Shown here: piece by piece, positions 1 through 8,217 of the stretch
How the letters are laid out: each line of letters starts with the position of its first letter
Numbering within the stretch: position 1 is the stretch's first letter
Source of the DNA: an uncultured Rhabdochlamydiaceae bacterium
GTDB taxonomy: Bacteria > Chlamydiota > Chlamydiia > Chlamydiales > Rhabdochlamydiaceae
DNA: 64,000 nucleotides
Direction of reading: 5' to 3'
Assembly (NCBI GenBank): GCA_963712275.1
Contig: CAVQHD010000001.1
Location: 1,440,001-1,504,000 of the forward strand
Made by a program: the position numbers and the translations under genes
The notes under the pieces: generated by a model
Told to the model about the DNA's origin: nothing
The model's input: the letters and a program-made list of their open reading frames with translations, nothing else
Databases searched by the model: none

Positions 1-1459
1 AAGAAAGGCCTCCGTATTCATGGACCCGGCTCCGACAGCTGAATCCTTCGGGGGTCCGGACGCGGAGCTCTCCTTGAGGGGTTTTTTCCATGACGATCGT
101 GCGCTGGTTGTCACTGGGGCGAAACTCTTCCCAGTAGAGGGAGGCTCCTTCAACGATCAGATTCCCAAATTTTTTCTGATGGGACGTGAGCCACTCAGGG
201 GTGATGGGAGAGATCCAATGGCCATAGGGGGCGATTTGTTTCATAGCAGGGGTCCTTTTTGTCATCGATTCAATCAGAGGGGCAATCGAGTCTTTAAATC
301 GATTGGGGGGCACCCATTGATACGCATCTCTGATTTCTTTTTGGAGTTCGGTATCAAATAAGTATTTTCTCAAAAGAGGCTCTAGCTCATCAAAATGTCG
401 AATATAGTCTCCGATCCCATACCGCATAATTAGCTGAATGTTGACCTCTTCCCAGCTGAGGATAGGGGAGGTGGTGTCGACGAGAATTGGAAGCCGCATG
501 GTCATCCCCTCGGTCGTTGTACCGGGGCCTGGTTTAGTGATGAGAAGGTCGGAGATGGCCATCAAGTCGGAGATTTTGGATGTAAATTCCATGATGGTCA
601 TGGTATTGGTAGGATGGAGCGGAACCTTGCGGAGCTTTAAAGCAAGCTGTTTGTTTTTTCCTGCGCATACAATCAGATGGACCCCTAGTTGAATCGAACC
701 GATGCGGCGCGCATACTCTAGGGCTTGGGCTCCGCCAGCGCCTCCAATCATGATGAGGACAACAGGTTTATTTGGAGGGATGTTAAACTCATGTTTGAGG
801 GACGGGGTGTTTTTCGGTGCAAAAAAATCGGTTCGGATCGGAAGTCCTATTGTTTCAATGGCATTATCGGGAATATTTCGTTTGCGGAGCATCTCCCGGC
901 TGCACCAGAGGTCAGAGCCGACTGTCACTTTAAAAAAAGGGTGCTGAACTCCTTGGAGGCCGTGAACCCATGTCTGCAAATCATTGTCGGTGGTAATGAT
1001 CAGGTAAGGGACTCCACATTTTCTGGCGGCTTCACTGGCGGGGTAGTTGATGAATGGAATGAGCGAAATGACAAGGTCGGGGGTTGTTTCATCGATGTGT
1101 TTTTTAATCACCGCTTCCACTTGCACTTTCTTCGATCGAAAAATTTTAGGGGCGAGGTGGCGAGTGACGAGGTTGACCGACTGGATCCATCCATTTTGCA
1201 GCATCGAATTATAGATTTGTTCCCCTGATTTAAGACCCAAAATCCGGAGCTGATCAATAGGGTAGACAACCTTAAAATCGTACTCATCCCCTAAGAGATT
1301 TTTGAGTGTTTGCGCTGCTGAATTGTGTCCATAGCCTCCATTGCTGCAAAGGACGAGGATCTTTTTTTTATACGGTATACTTGTAGAAGCAACATCGGCT
1401 GCCTCCACCTTCGTGAAAAGAAGAAGCAAAGCGAAAATGGAAGTCAGACGAAAAAGCAT
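1..1459 (-). CDS. GT28 (MGDG synthase/UgtP-like) glycosyltransferase fused in frame to an S9-family (prolyl oligopeptidase/acylaminoacyl-peptidase-like) N-terminus; partial, runs off the window
   Basis: Hand translation from ATG at 1459 gives MLFRLTSIFALLLLFTKVEAA...ILVLCSNGGYGHNSAAQTL...ITKPGPGTTTEG (GT28 motifs). The same frame continues without a stop across 244-420 into MKQIAPYGHWISPITPEW...RSRVHEYGG (S9 N-terminal motifs). It is absent from the ORF track, consistent with no stop inside the window. Confidence 0.8.
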   Translation of the reverse strand, partial: MLFRLTSIFALLLLFTKVEAADVASTSIPYKKKILVLCSNGGYGHNSAAQTLKNLLGDEYDFKVVYPIDQLRILGLKSGEQIYNSMLQNGWIQSVNLVTRHLAPKIFRSKKVQVEAVIKKHIDETTPDLVISLIPFINYPASEAARKCGVPYLIITTDNDLQTWVHGLQGVQHPFFKVTVGSDLWCSREMLRKRNIPDNAIETIGLPIRTDFFAPKNTPSLKHEFNIPPNKPVVLIMIGGAGGAQALEYARRIGSIQLGVHLIVCAGKNKQLALKLRKVPLHPTNTMTIMEFTSKISDLMAISDLLITKPGPGTTTEGMTMRLPILVDTTSPILSWEEVNIQLIMRYGIGDYIRHFDELEPLLRKYLFDTELQKEIRDAYQWVPPNRFKDSIAPLIESMTKRTPAMKQIAPYGHWISPITPEWLTSHQKKFGNLIVEGASLYWEEFRPSDNQRTIVMEKTPQGELRVRTPEGFSCRSRVHEYGGLS

Positions 1460-1560
1460 GCTTGTTAAAATATCTTGTTTTTCCTGATCTGAGCAAGTTT
1501 TTTGTTCCTGCGAGCTTCCTCCTCTACCAAAAAAAGTGCCGTTTTGCTATATACAGGAGC

Positions 1561-2598
1561 ATGAGAACCTGGATTATTTCAGCTGTTTTAGCGGTGGGGT
1601 CATTGACAGTTGTTCCGTCATGTCAGAGCATCTTTCACTCCCATCCTGTTTTACACCCCTCAAAAATAGGGATTGCAACGATCCGTTTTTTTGATGAAAG
1701 CCGCAGCCGCCCCTTGATCACAGAGGTGTGGTACCCTGTAGAGGAGGCGAGCCCGGCCGATCAGGTGGAAGGGTTGTGGGTTCGGTGTCCGGAAGCGCGC
1801 GATGCGCCTCTTAAAGCTTCAACAAAGAAATACCCCCTTATCGTGATGTCGCATGGCAACGGAGGGGACCGTATGCATAATGCCTGGATTGCAGAGACGC
1901 TTGCTGCAAACGGCTATATCGTCGCCTCGATGGATCACCACGGTAATACTTGGAACAATAAAATTGCAGAAAGTTTTGTCAAAATCTGGGAACGGCCGAA
2001 AGATGTGAGTTTTGTGATAGATCAACTTCTTGAGCAGGAGAAGTTCGGGCCTTATATTAACCATGCCAAGATTGGATTTGTTGGCTATTCGCTGGGAGGA
2101 CATACGGGGATTTGGATTGCAGGGGGGAAGGTGTGCGAGTTTGACAAACCTGACTTGACCTCTATTCCTGCTGACCAACTGCCTGATATTGTCAATGAAG
2201 AGATTATTAATTCGATTGACTTTACACCTGCCCGAGAATCGTATCGCGACCCCCGTGTTTCAGCTGTGTTTGTTATGGCGCCTGCGTTAGGCTACCTCTT
2301 TGATCTGACAAGTCTGCAGTCGATTTCTGTTCCTGTTCATATTGTGGCCTCTGAAGGAGACAAGGTCGTTCCCAGCGATTCCAACGCAAAGCTCTTAGCC
2401 TCTAAAATCAAAAAAGCTGCCTTGACGCTTATTCCTGGAAGCGCAAGTCATTATGTCTTTATGAACCAAGTGACAAAAGGGGGAAAGTTGCTTCTCGACA
2501 AACGGGTCGCCCTCGACCCCCCTAGTGTTGACCGGAGCAAAATCCACCAAGAGATCAGCCTTTCAGCTATCCACTTTTTCAACGAGCATTTGAAGTAG
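1561..2598 (+). CDS. Alpha/beta hydrolase (dienelactone hydrolase/PAF-acetylhydrolase-like), possible lipoprotein
   Basis: PLIVMSHGNGG, WERPKDVSFVID, nucleophile elbow GYSLGG, late SHYVF His. The RBS ACAGGAGC precedes ATG 1561, and the hydrophobic N-terminus ends in Cys. Confidence 0.8.
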   Translation: MRTWIISAVLAVGSLTVVPSCQSIFHSHPVLHPSKIGIATIRFFDESRSRPLITEVWYPVEEASPADQVEGLWVRCPEARDAPLKASTKKYPLIVMSHGNGGDRMHNAWIAETLAANGYIVASMDHHGNTWNNKIAESFVKIWERPKDVSFVIDQLLEQEKFGPYINHAKIGFVGYSLGGHTGIWIAGGKVCEFDKPDLTSIPADQLPDIVNEEIINSIDFTPARESYRDPRVSAVFVMAPALGYLFDLTSLQSISVPVHIVASEGDKVVPSDSNAKLLASKIKKAALTLIPGSASHYVFMNQVTKGGKLLLDKRVALDPPSVDRSKIHQEISLSAIHFFNEHLK

Positions 2599-2623
2599 TA
2601 GGGGAGCTTATCCTCAAGCGAAC

Positions 2624-3127
2624 ATGGAAAAATATGCGATTCTTCTAGGGTACTTTGATAAACAATTCTCACTTATAAGAAAGCTCTATAACGAAATCAT
2701 GACCGTAGATGTTTCCATCTATGATAAACGTTTTTTATTTGCAATCAGGACTCAACAATTTTATACGGCCATTGAGGATCTTTTTAAACAAATTGCAAAA
2801 TCTTTTGAAAACCACATCGAAAATATGGACAACTTTCATAAAGAGATCCTTGCTAGGATGAATACTGAGGTTCCCAAAATAAGACCTGCAGTGATTTTTC
2901 ATGAAAGTTTTATCCTTCTTGATAAGATGCGAGCTTTTCGTCAATTCATTTGGAATGCCTATGACTGCGAGCTTGATCAGAATGAACTTCTTCTTTTGCA
3001 GGATAAATTAAAAAAAGAATACATCCATGTGGAAGATGATTTAAAAAAGTTTAGGTCATTTATCCGTTTGACACAAACTTGTGTCAACTTGAGATTGACA
3101 CAAGTTTGTGTCAAAAGGAAAAACTAA
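2624..3127 (+). CDS. HepT-like HEPN-domain protein, orphan and probably degenerate
   Basis: FYTAIEDLFKQIA, FHKEILARM, IRPAVI and RAFRQFIWNAY..ELD are typical of HepT-like RNases. The Rx4H His is replaced, and there is no adjacent MNT gene. Confidence 0.7.
   Translation: MEKYAILLGYFDKQFSLIRKLYNEIMTVDVSIYDKRFLFAIRTQQFYTAIEDLFKQIAKSFENHIENMDNFHKEILARMNTEVPKIRPAVIFHESFILLDKMRAFRQFIWNAYDCELDQNELLLLQDKLKKEYIHVEDDLKKFRSFIRLTQTCVNLRLTQVCVKRKN
3067..3115. repeat. Nested palindrome: 21-bp perfect inverted repeat whose arms are themselves palindromic
   Basis: TTTGACACAAACTTGTGTCAA-CTTGAGA-TTGACACAAGTTTGTGTCAAA. Confidence 0.9.
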
Positions 3128-3131
3128 CCCA

Positions 3132-3443
3132 ATGCTGAAAGAGACAAGTGCAGGAGTGGTTATCTCCATTAAAGTAATACCTAAATCGCATCGCAATGAG
3201 ATTGTTGGGTGGGAAAATGGGGAGCTAAAGGTGAGGATTACAGCGGCTCCTGAGAAGGGGAATGCAAATGAGGCATTGATCCGCTTTCTTGCAAAATACT
3301 TCCATCTTTCTCCCTCGTGCTTAACTCTAGTTTACGGGCCTGCCAGCAGGCATAAGCGCATCTGTATTTCTGGGTTAACTTTGAAAGAAGCTTCTCAGGC
3401 TCTTTCTATGGTTTTATCAGATGAGAAGCAGAGCGAGAGATAA
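3132..3443 (+). CDS. DUF167 (YggU/UPF0235) family protein
   Basis: KVIPKS, LKVRITAAPEKGNANEALIRFLAK, GPASRHK. Confidence 0.9.
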   Translation: MLKETSAGVVISIKVIPKSHRNEIVGWENGELKVRITAAPEKGNANEALIRFLAKYFHLSPSCLTLVYGPASRHKRICISGLTLKEASQALSMVLSDEKQSER

Positions 3444-3451
3444 AAGTTTCG

Positions 3452-4567
3452 TTACTTTTCGTCTTGTTTGAAGAAGTCCCTTGCATGTTGAATGAGTTTA
3501 TTTGTGACGTTTGGATCGATTTGAAGCTCTTCCATGCCCTCCTCAAAGACACCGCCTAGGATTAATCGATCGCTCCATGGATATAAGGTCATCCAATAGC
3601 CAGGGTCTTCGGGGGTGTTTTGATACATGGTATAATCAACCTCTTCTTGAGGCTGAAAATAGACCAATTGTCCTCGAATAGGAGTAAACTCTTTGTCATT
3701 GAAAAGATTTCTGGATCCTAAACTAGTACAGTTGATGATGATTTTTTCGTCTAAAGCTTCAACTTCAGCCTTGTTGGAGAAGTGTTTGTGATAAATCACA
3801 GCTCCTTTAGCTTTGACTTTAGCATACAAATCATTCATGAATATTTGCCCATCTAACCCAATCACATGTTTTTGTTTTCCGATTTTGGTAACCCCATTAT
3901 CAAAATGAACTCTGACGACTTTGTTTTCAGAAGGAATTTCTTGAAAATGACTTGGGAGACTCTCTCCTTTTTTAAAGGTATAGCCAGTGAGGATCCTGAT
4001 TCCAGCAAATTCTGGGGCTTCAGAAGAGGTGCTCATTCTAAAACGTTTTTCAGAAATATCTAACAGCTTTGCGATCAGTTTCTTTTGTGTTTCATCTGGG
4101 CTGGTAGGGGGGCTCCAGATACCAGCAGCCACATTGGAGGCCAGATTGGGAGCAAACTCATCAGCGTAGATGTGGACGGCATATCCTTGGTTTAAGAGTT
4201 CGTAAGCTGTTGCCAGTCCAATCACACCGGCGCCAAGAACAGCTACCTGGTGGTAGGAGACTAGCTGAGGTTTGTTGGTTTTCTCTTGGGTTAAGATAGA
4301 AAGAACTTCTTCCGCGCCTCCCCAGCACAGGGTTAATCCCGAGCCGCCATATCCGTAATTATGGATCAATACCTTGCCTTGCATGAGCTCAGGCTCTAAA
4401 CGAATCCCTGACTTACGGTAGGGACGAACGCCTACATTAAAGCCCATGATAGATTCATCAGAAAAATTAGGGGCTTTAAGATAGATGTCTTCAATGAGGG
4501 GTTCTGAATTCCCATAAACGAGCTGCCAAGCGCAGCTCAAAGTGAGTAAGAATGATAATTTTTTCAT
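3452..4567 (-). CDS. FAD-dependent D-amino-acid oxidase family protein, permuted motif order, N-terminal signal peptide
   Basis: VGVRPYR and HNYGYGGSG..WGGA precede GAGVIG, SNVAAG, IINCTSLG and PIRGQL. Confidence 0.85.
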   Translation of the reverse strand: MKKLSFLLTLSCAWQLVYGNSEPLIEDIYLKAPNFSDESIMGFNVGVRPYRKSGIRLEPELMQGKVLIHNYGYGGSGLTLCWGGAEEVLSILTQEKTNKPQLVSYHQVAVLGAGVIGLATAYELLNQGYAVHIYADEFAPNLASNVAAGIWSPPTSPDETQKKLIAKLLDISEKRFRMSTSSEAPEFAGIRILTGYTFKKGESLPSHFQEIPSENKVVRVHFDNGVTKIGKQKHVIGLDGQIFMNDLYAKVKAKGAVIYHKHFSNKAEVEALDEKIIINCTSLGSRNLFNDKEFTPIRGQLVYFQPQEEVDYTMYQNTPEDPGYWMTLYPWSDRLILGGVFEEGMEELQIDPNVTNKLIQHARDFFKQDEK

Positions 4568-4574
4568 AAAGCCG

Positions 4575-4757
4575 TTATAGCTCCGGGTGAATTTTTAAAA
4601 AACGGGTGATCATAGCATTATCGCCAAACTTTCTCAACGTTTCAAGCTGATGGGTAAAAAAGCGATGATCTGAGCCTGCATTATGAATCAGAACAAAGTT
4701 CAAATTCCCAGTGCCGGCAAGCTTTTCTACAAAAATTTCAGTCCCATCGATATTCAT
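4575..4757 (-). pseudogene. N-terminal fragment of an alpha/beta hydrolase
   Basis: 60-aa ORF with FVLIHNAGSDHRFF..Q (oxyanion-loop region) and no nucleophile elbow. Confidence 0.55.
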
Positions 4758-4835
4758 TAAGTTTCGCCTTAAGGAGTGCGAGAATTCTCGTGTTATTGGT
4801 TCAAATCAATATAATACACATTTGGAGGGAAAACA

Positions 4836-5510
4836 ATGGCTTCTTTTTCTGAGACAATCGGAATTGTTGGTGGCGCTGGTCCGATAGCTAGCGCTTTTCT
4901 CTACACATCAATCCTAGAAATTTGCCAAAAACAATACAACGCCAATGACTACAACGAATTTCCTGAAATAGTACTTGTCTCTTATCCTTTCACTCGCGGT
5001 AATGAAGAAAAAATTCGAGAAGAAATATCTATTTGTCTATCAAAACTGAAAATTGCTGGAGCTTCTCTCTTTTGCGTCGCTTCCAATTCTTTCCATGGAT
5101 TTCTACCGGAATTGCCAAAAGCCGGCTTTGTGAATCTCGTAACCGAGGGTTTGAAAGAGGCGGCTCATCATTGTATCTCCAAAGCCCTGATTTTAGCCGC
5201 GCCGATGACGATTAATTTGAAGCTTTATGAGCAGTCTGCCGTTCAGTGTCTTTATCCCTCATCAAAAGAACAACAGCAAGTAAATCAATTAATCCGAGAG
5301 ATCGCTGGAGGAAAAGTGGAAGAAGGTCAGGCTCAAGAGCTGAGAAAGATGATCTCGCAGATTCACGAGCACCATCGCTTTGATGGCATTATCATTGCTT
5401 GCACCGAACTGCCATTGCTGCACAAAAAGATGCCGTTCTCTAGTACTCTTCCCGTTGTTAATACGGTTGAAGTGTTGGCTAAACAATTGGTAACACTTGC
5501 TTGTGTCTAA
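4836..5510 (+). CDS. Aspartate/glutamate racemase family protein
   Basis: IGIVGGAGPIAS, ASNSFH (at the CNTAH position), IIACTELPL. RBS GGAGG upstream. Confidence 0.85.
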   Translation: MASFSETIGIVGGAGPIASAFLYTSILEICQKQYNANDYNEFPEIVLVSYPFTRGNEEKIREEISICLSKLKIAGASLFCVASNSFHGFLPELPKAGFVNLVTEGLKEAAHHCISKALILAAPMTINLKLYEQSAVQCLYPSSKEQQQVNQLIREIAGGKVEEGQAQELRKMISQIHEHHRFDGIIIACTELPLLHKKMPFSSTLPVVNTVEVLAKQLVTLACV

Positions 5511-5556
5511 GCTCCTTAAAGAGAGGCGAAGGCCAAAATTTCATATGACAGAGGGG

Positions 5557-5572
5557 GTTTTGCAATTCCCTC
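5557..5572. mobile_element. Solo IS end matching the TIR of the IS at 40200-41774
   Basis: GTTTTGCAATTCCCTC is identical to 41759-41774. Confidence 0.6.
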
Positions 5573-5619
5573 CAAGACAATTTATTTGAAGAAAGTCTCC
5601 TTAACCACTAAGACTATTA

Positions 5620-5898
5620 GTGGTTACAGAGAATACCTTTAAAAATCCCCAAGAAATTTCCCCCGAATCTCTTTTGTTCGATGAAGCCGATCAAAGAGCC
5701 CTCCGAGCGAGCGTTATTGGCACTGCAGATTCCTTGAGCTTAGTCACTTCCCTCCGCACCCAAAACCTGGTCTTCCCAGCTCTCGAACTCTACTGGAAGC
5801 ACCAGCGAGGCCTCTTCTTTTCACTTGGCTACAATGGTCAGTTTGGGAAATGGTACCGAAATAACGAGCTTGCAGCCAAACTGGGGCTCAGTTTCTAA
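5620..5898 (+). pseudogene. C-terminal remnant of an autotransporter/outer-membrane beta-barrel protein
   Basis: Ends SLGYNGQFGKWYRNNELAAKLGLSF (alternating beta strands, terminal Phe). No signal peptide or passenger domain, and it lies next to a solo IS end. Confidence 0.55.
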
Positions 5899-5921
5899 TT
5901 CTGAAAATGTCTTTGAGGATA

Positions 5922-6004
5922 TGCCCAGGATAGGACTCGAACCTACACACCTTGTGGGTAACAGAACCTAAATCTGTTGTGTCTACCAATTCCACCACCT
6001 GGGC
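5922..6004 (-). tRNA. tRNA-Leu(TAG)
   Basis: GCCCAGGTGGTGGAATTGGTAGACAC-AACAGA-TTTAGGT-TCTGTT, long variable arm, GTTCGAGTCC, CCTGGGCA. Confidence 0.95.
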
Positions 6005-6047
6005 AAAGAGGGATAGAATACCGTTTAGAAGGGGTAATCGTCAAGAA

Positions 6048-6644
6048 TTATGTGCCAAAAAATCGGTCGCCAAAATCTCCTAAACCGGGGACGATGAACG
6101 CTTGGGTATTGAGCTCGGGATCTTCGGCGGCGAGGATGAGGCGCACCTCTGGAAATCTTTTTTTGAGATGCTGGATACCGGGGGTGGCGCCAATAATTCC
6201 GACAAGGGTGATTTGGGAGGGGGGGACATGGGTTGATAGTTGGTTAAGCGCAAGGAGGGAGCTTCCGGCAGTTGCAATCATAGGGTCTAAAAGAAAAAGG
6301 TGGTCCGTGGGTTGAAGCACAGGGATGTTTTCATAATAAAGATGAGGTTTGGCTGTGGCCTCATCTCGCCTAATGCCGAAAAAACCGATGGGAGCGTATG
6401 GGAAGAGCTTTAAGAATGCAGGCAGAAGAGCGAGCCCTGAACGCAAAATAGGGATAAGAATAACCCGTCCTTGAAGCAAAGCTCCGGGGGCTTGTCCTAG
6501 AGAGGTTTCAACGAGGGTGTTTTTTGAGTGAATGTGATGGGAGGCTTGGGCAGCTAGAAGGTCTGAGAGTTCGAGGGCAGCTAATCGAAATTGTTGAAGA
6601 GGAGTGTCTTTACTTCTCAGCTGGGTTAATAAGATATTTTGCAA
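6048..6644 (-). CDS. upp: Uracil phosphoribosyltransferase
   Basis: PILRSGL, RRDEATA, LLDPMIATAGS, FIVPGLGDFGDRFFGT. Confidence 0.95.
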   Translation of the reverse strand: MQNILLTQLRSKDTPLQQFRLAALELSDLLAAQASHHIHSKNTLVETSLGQAPGALLQGRVILIPILRSGLALLPAFLKLFPYAPIGFFGIRRDEATAKPHLYYENIPVLQPTDHLFLLDPMIATAGSSLLALNQLSTHVPPSQITLVGIIGATPGIQHLKKRFPEVRLILAAEDPELNTQAFIVPGLGDFGDRFFGT

Positions 6645-6647
6645 GAG

Positions 6648-7097
6648 TTACTCTGGCTGGTAAACAGGGTGGACTGGAAACCCTTGCTCTCGAAGGGCAA
6701 AGATCGCATTTGCGACGGGTTCCCACCGCGCATTTCGGTCGATATGCAGAAGAATTTTAGTTTGCTCGGGGTCTTTTGGAATGAGCCCTAGCTGTTGCTG
6801 CTTCTGGAGCTCTTTTTGGACACTGGCGGTGCTTTCCATCAAAAATTCGCTTACCTCCGTGATCCATTTATAGTGCCCTTCTTCGGTGATTCCAATATTC
6901 AAGACATACGGTTGGTCTGTCGTAGGTGTTTTTTTCTCTGCATTTACTTTAACTAAATTCACCTCGGTGTCATAAAGAACTGCGCGGGTTACTGCAAGGG
7001 TTGCAAATACCGCCACAATGACAAAGAGAAAGTCAACCATGGGTGCAAGGTTTAAAGAGGCAGCTTTTTTGAGCTCTTCGTCAGGAATCAGGCTCAT
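6648..7097 (-). CDS. exbD: ExbD/TolR family biopolymer transport protein
   Basis: LNLAPMVDFLFV transmembrane motif and LLHIDRNARW. Overlaps the exbB-like gene. Confidence 0.85.
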   Translation of the reverse strand: MSLIPDEELKKAASLNLAPMVDFLFVIVAVFATLAVTRAVLYDTEVNLVKVNAEKKTPTTDQPYVLNIGITEEGHYKWITEVSEFLMESTASVQKELQKQQQLGLIPKDPEQTKILLHIDRNARWEPVANAIFALREQGFPVHPVYQPE

Positions 7098-8065
7098 GGA
7101 GCTCCTTGGATATCGGTGGTGGCAATCATCTGAGCAAGATCTTGCGCCTCGTTTTCCACCACGGTAAGTTGCCGCATGAGGCGGTATTTTGTGATAGCGT
7201 GGAAAAGAAGAGCTAGAATCGCCACGACAAGCCCTCCAACGGTCGTTCCAACAGAGATTCCAAGGCCGTCGAAAAGAGCAGAGATGCTCTCTTCAGACCG
7301 ATTGAGATCATAGAAGGCATAAAACATTCCCAAAACGGTTCCTAAAAGACCTAGCATGGGAGCAATGATTGCAATATCGTTGAGAAGATTGATTTTCTGC
7401 CAAAACGAAGTGCTTATTCGGCGCCCTTCTGCTTTCATCATTTCAAACATCGCAGAAGATCCTTGCCCCCGGCTTCTAAGAGCGGTCGCAACCATTCCAG
7501 AAAGCAGCGTCGGATGTTCCTGGCACGTCTTGAGCGCTAAATCATAAGAGCGGCTCTGCAGTTGATCTTTCAGAGTTTGGAGTTGTAGCATGGGAATAAG
7601 CTCTGGAGAGCGTAAACTTAAAAGCGCATAGGCCCAAATGCCCACACTGGCAATTGAGAGAGCAAGTAAGATGGAGTAAATCGTTGGAGAACCCGCAAAA
7701 ACCTGTCCTAGATCAATAACGATTCCACTGGAATTCACCTCTGCAGCAACCTCATTTTCTTCTTTTATAAGAGCTGCGAGGTCATCTTCTGGGTCAAGCT
7801 CGAGTTGTTGAGCCGTTGGAGCCGGAAGCTCTGCGGTGGATGGCAGGGGAGTGGCAATAGGCATTTCAACGGGAGGAACCTCGGTGGAAAGGTGGACATC
7901 CTGGGTGGGTAGTAAAGTAGCTTCTGCAGTAGAGGCTTGGGAGGCTTCGGAGATTGGGGTGATAATTTCAGCTGGTTGGATTGAAGACTGTGGCACAGAT
8001 TCCTGCAGGGGTTCTTCAGCTCCCACAATCGCAAAACAACTGATCAATACCGCTAGTTTTTTCAT
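7094..8065 (-). CDS. exbB: MotA/TolQ/ExbB proton channel family protein with signal peptide and Pro/Thr/Glu-rich N-terminal linker
   Basis: IAPMLGLLGTVLGM, GISVGTTVGGLVVAI. Confidence 0.85.
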   Translation of the reverse strand: MKKLAVLISCFAIVGAEEPLQESVPQSSIQPAEIITPISEASQASTAEATLLPTQDVHLSTEVPPVEMPIATPLPSTAELPAPTAQQLELDPEDDLAALIKEENEVAAEVNSSGIVIDLGQVFAGSPTIYSILLALSIASVGIWAYALLSLRSPELIPMLQLQTLKDQLQSRSYDLALKTCQEHPTLLSGMVATALRSRGQGSSAMFEMMKAEGRRISTSFWQKINLLNDIAIIAPMLGLLGTVLGMFYAFYDLNRSEESISALFDGLGISVGTTVGGLVVAILALLFHAITKYRLMRQLTVVENEAQDLAQMIATTDIQGAP

Positions 8066-8217
8066 TTGAGAAGTCCTTCGTTAAAAAACAACCTCAACAT
8101 ACCAAGCTGCCCTGATCTTCGTCAAGCGCTCTTTAAGAGCTGTTCCAGGACCCTGGACTCATTCTCCCTATTAAGAAAAATATAGGAATCGCAAGGGTAG
8201 CTTTTGCTTAAAGCTGT

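Noticed and set aside
20..1228. Plus-strand ORFs 20-361, 438-692, 702-947 and 725-1228
   Set aside because: They are antisense shadows of the minus-strand GT28-S9 gene and have no recognisable motifs.
3054..3066. 13-bp match GGTCATTTATCCG with the HTH gene near 63865
   Set aside because: It is short, lies inside unrelated coding sequences and is compatible with chance.
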